Assembly: GCA_036375135.1 (NCBI GenBank)
Contig: DASUSL010000242.1
Span: 6,388-70,387, forward strand
Source of the DNA: Thermoanaerobaculia bacterium
Lineage (GTDB): Bacteria > Acidobacteriota > Thermoanaerobaculia > Gp7-AA8
Direction of reading: 5' to 3'
Length of the DNA stretch: 64,000 nt
The first letter of the stretch is position 1. Each line of letters opens with the position of its first letter. The notes beneath the pieces were generated by a model. The model did not search any database and was not told the origin of the DNA. It saw nothing but the letters and a program-made list of their open reading frames with translations. Below, one piece after another: positions 60,612 through 64,000 of this stretch. The position numbers and the translations under genes were made by a program.

Positions 60612-62124
60612 ATTCCTCCAGCCATTGCCGCATCGTGAATGACGTGGCGCTCGTTGTGATCGTCGCGCCGTAGAACGGGTTGTCGCTGTACGCGCCGTCG
60701 TGCTGTCCGCACGCGGGCATCCAGACGAACATCGTCGTCTGCACCGCGCCGCTCCGATCGACGCCGCGCGCGATCTCCGAGCGCGTCCACGCGGCAGTCA
60801 GCAGCGTCTGGATCTGCTTCTCCAGGCGCGTGCGGAACTCGGCCGCGTTGAAGCGCGGCTCGCAAGGCTGCGCGTCGGGACAGTAGCTGTAGTTCGCTGC
60901 GTTCCCCCAGCGCACCCAGTGGCCGTTCGGCGCGTCGAGATGCTCGCGATTCGGATCGGTGAAGTCCTGCCGCACCATGAAGGGCGTGCTGATGTGATTG
61001 AGGAGCACGTGCTGCCGGTCCTGGCACTTCCACGCCGTGTTGTCGGACGCGTGCGCGTCGACGCAGGAGAGATCGTGCGCGGCGCCGTGCGCGGCGTAGC
61101 TGAGGTCGACGTCGTTCGTGGCGTGATGCACCGTGCCGTCGTACGAGAACGCCTCGCCGCGCGCGGAGCTCGTCCCCGACCACACGCCGTCGTACGCGTC
61201 CTTGCCTGCCGCCTCGTTCTCGATGCCCGGCAGGAAGTTCTCGTCGAAGAGGGCGCGCACGTCCGCGTTCGGCAGCTCGGCCGCGAGATGGTCGATGTTG
61301 TGGAACAAGCCGTGGCTCGCGTTCGAATGCCCCACGAACAGCACCACCTCCGCATCCGCGAGCGCCGGCAAACGTTCATCCACGGAGCTCCATTGATCGC
61401 CGCCTCGCGCCCCGCAGCAGGCGCGCCGCTTCACTTTCTGGCTGGCGGCGTTGCGCCGCCAGGTCGGGTAGCGCAGCCCGTGCTCGAGCTTCCTGAACGT
61501 CTCCTGGAGAATGAAGAAGCCGTGGTGATACGCGTTGAAGGAGATCGTCTGCCCGTTCGGCAACGTCGCCCGAATCCCCTTCTCCTGCGAGCGTCCCATG
61601 TACCGGTCGAAGCTGCACTTTTCGACGCGCACGCGGTTGTACGACGCGAACAGCGGATTGCGCAGCGGATCGGGATCGAGAATGCCCTCGAAGTCGCGCA
61701 CGGGACCTTTCGTCGAGGTGCCCATGAACGCGCGCTCGTCCGGCTGCGCGTAGAAAAACGCGCATCGTTCCCCGAAACAGGAGTCGCCCCCTGTCATCGT
61801 GAAGATCCACCGGTTCGACTCGATCGGCTCGCCGCGCCGCGCGCTTCCGCAGCTTGCCTCCGTGCACACCGCCTTGTCGACGTAGATCAGCGGCATCGTC
61901 CCATCCGTGCACCGCACGTCCGGGTCGTCGTCGAGAAACACCCGCGTATACGCCGGCACCTGCTGCCCCCGCGGAATCTCATCCACATTCGGCTGCGGGA
62001 TGTCGTTCGGAAAGAGCGCGCAACGCAGCGTGTCCTTCCAGTGAGGATCGGCGCAGCTGTTCGCCGGTGCCGCACTCACGGACCACGCCGCGAAAGTCAG
62101 GATCGCTAACGCAACACGAGCCAT
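60514..62124 (-). CDS. secreted Cys-rich hydrolase, pectin-acetylesterase/Notum-like pattern
   Basis: It has a signal peptide. MTGGDSCFG, NPLFASYNRVRVEKCSFDRYMG, LFVGHSNASHG and ALFDENFLPG resemble PAE-family blocks. This assignment is weak. Confidence 0.45.
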   Translation of the reverse strand: MARVALAILTFAAWSVSAAPANSCADPHWKDTLRCALFPNDIPQPNVDEIPRGQQVPAYTRVFLDDDPDVRCTDGTMPLIYVDKAVCTEASCGSARRGEPIESNRWIFTMTGGDSCFGERCAFFYAQPDERAFMGTSTKGPVRDFEGILDPDPLRNPLFASYNRVRVEKCSFDRYMGRSQEKGIRATLPNGQTISFNAYHHGFFILQETFRKLEHGLRYPTWRRNAASQKVKRRACCGARGGDQWSSVDERLPALADAEVVLFVGHSNASHGLFHNIDHLAAELPNADVRALFDENFLPGIENEAAGKDAYDGVWSGTSSARGEAFSYDGTVHHATNDVDLSYAAHGAAHDLSCVDAHASDNTAWKCQDRQHVLLNHISTPFMVRQDFTDPNREHLDAPNGHWVRWGNAANYSYCPDAQPCEPRFNAAEFRTRLEKQIQTLLTAAWTRSEIARGVDRSGAVQTTMFVWMPACGQHDGAYSDNPFYGATITTSATSFTMRQWLEEFMAAPRSGVRRYQIDGALDPAGRRMATAQCQQ

Positions 62125-62225
62125 CGCCGAAGTCTACCAGCGGAGCGCCGCCGTCCCGGCGCCGCTCCGGTGCGCGGGCGGGACGCTCGCGCGGCAGCCG
62201 GCGTGGACGCCAGCGGTCCGCTTTT

Positions 62226-62651
62226 CTACTCGAGCGCCTGGATCAGCCGCTCCACGTTGCGCGTCAGCGTCTGCAGCTCGCGCTCGGAGAGCGAGCCGGC
62301 GCCGAGGGATCCCAGCCATTCCTCGTACGCGGGGCGCACTTTTTCCACCGTGCCGCGGCCGCGGCGGGTCAGCGCGACGCGGGAGGAGCGGAGGTCGGAG
62401 GGGTCGTCGTTGCGTTCGGCGAGGCCGAGCTGTTCGAGCCGGGCGATCATCCCGGTCATGTTCTGCTTGGTCACGCCGAGGCGGCGGGAGAGGGCGACCA
62501 GGGTGACGGGGGCGTCTTCCGACGCCAGCGCGGAAAGCACGGACCACTGCTGCGGCGTGATCTTCGAGCGCTCGAAGACAGGCCCCAGGCGGCGGGTGAG
62601 GAGGTTGGCGAGCTGAATGACGCTCCCGACCAGATCGCGTTCGCCTGCCAT
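62226..62651 (-). CDS. MarR-family transcriptional regulator
   Basis: It has a winged HTH (LVALSRRLGVTKQNMTGMIARLEQLGLAER...DLRSSRVALT). Confidence 0.85.
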   Translation of the reverse strand: MAGERDLVGSVIQLANLLTRRLGPVFERSKITPQQWSVLSALASEDAPVTLVALSRRLGVTKQNMTGMIARLEQLGLAERNDDPSDLRSSRVALTRRGRGTVEKVRPAYEEWLGSLGAGSLSERELQTLTRNVERLIQALE

Positions 62652-62655
62652 GATT

Positions 62656-62671
62656 GGTCAATATCTTGACC
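62656..62671. promoter_or_regulatory. perfect inverted repeat GGTCAA-TATC-TTGACC, candidate MarR operator
   Basis: It lies 4 nt upstream of the marR-family ATG (62651, minus strand). A TTGACA hexamer sits further upstream on that strand. Confidence 0.4.
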
Positions 62672-62693
62672 GCACGGCAGGCGGCCTGTCAAT

Positions 62694-62716
62694 GACGGGC
62701 TGAAGCCCGTCGTACG

Positions 62717-62717
<1 letters not shown>
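62694..62717. repeat. family-A hairpin downstream of eno
   Basis: GACGGGCTGAAGCCCGTCGTACGT abuts the eno stop codon and is a likely terminator. Confidence 0.75.

Positions 62718-64000
<1,283 letters not shown>

Overview
The window is GC-rich chromosomal DNA from a diderm bacterium, shown by TamB/Omp85, Mla, TatA, a porin and pseudopilins. The phylum cannot be proven from sequence alone. I support about 58 protein-coding genes. Most are housekeeping: alr, mlaEF, xseA/xseB-ispA-dxs-tlyA, rfbD, tatA, uvrD/pcrA, hbd, moeB, pyrE, HMG-CoA lyase, gltX, fabI and eno. I saw no rRNA, tRNA, CRISPR array, transposase or integrase.

The candidates I rate highest:
1. A translationally coupled two-gene cassette at 28061-29690. 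It pairs a TIR-like (CAP12/Pycsar-effector type) protein carrying an unknown C-terminal module with a DnaQ-like DEDDh exonuclease. No cyclase or other known partner is nearby, so it is my best candidate for an undescribed defence-type system.
2. A PIN (VapC-like) toxin gene wedged with overlapping codons between dxs and tlyA. There is no free antitoxin ORF, but Dxs carries an extra in-frame acidic tail of about 45 aa.
3. A single 2425-aa ORF that fuses a TamB-like protein to an Omp85/BamA-like protein. A hairpin repeat lies exactly at the junction.
4. A Fur-linked operon of FTR1 permease, ApbE, porin, FMN-bind protein and a 4-TM His-rich protein, suggesting flavin-dependent iron uptake.
5. Two tandem secreted proteins built from a repeat of about 50 aa, sharing a basic C-terminal motif.

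A striking background feature is several families of REP/MITE-like palindromic elements. They occupy intergenic gaps and are also translated in frame inside genes, repeatedly in the same reading frame. In several places they supply stop codons or signal-peptide/leader sequence.

All functional calls rest on motif recognition by eye. No database search was run.
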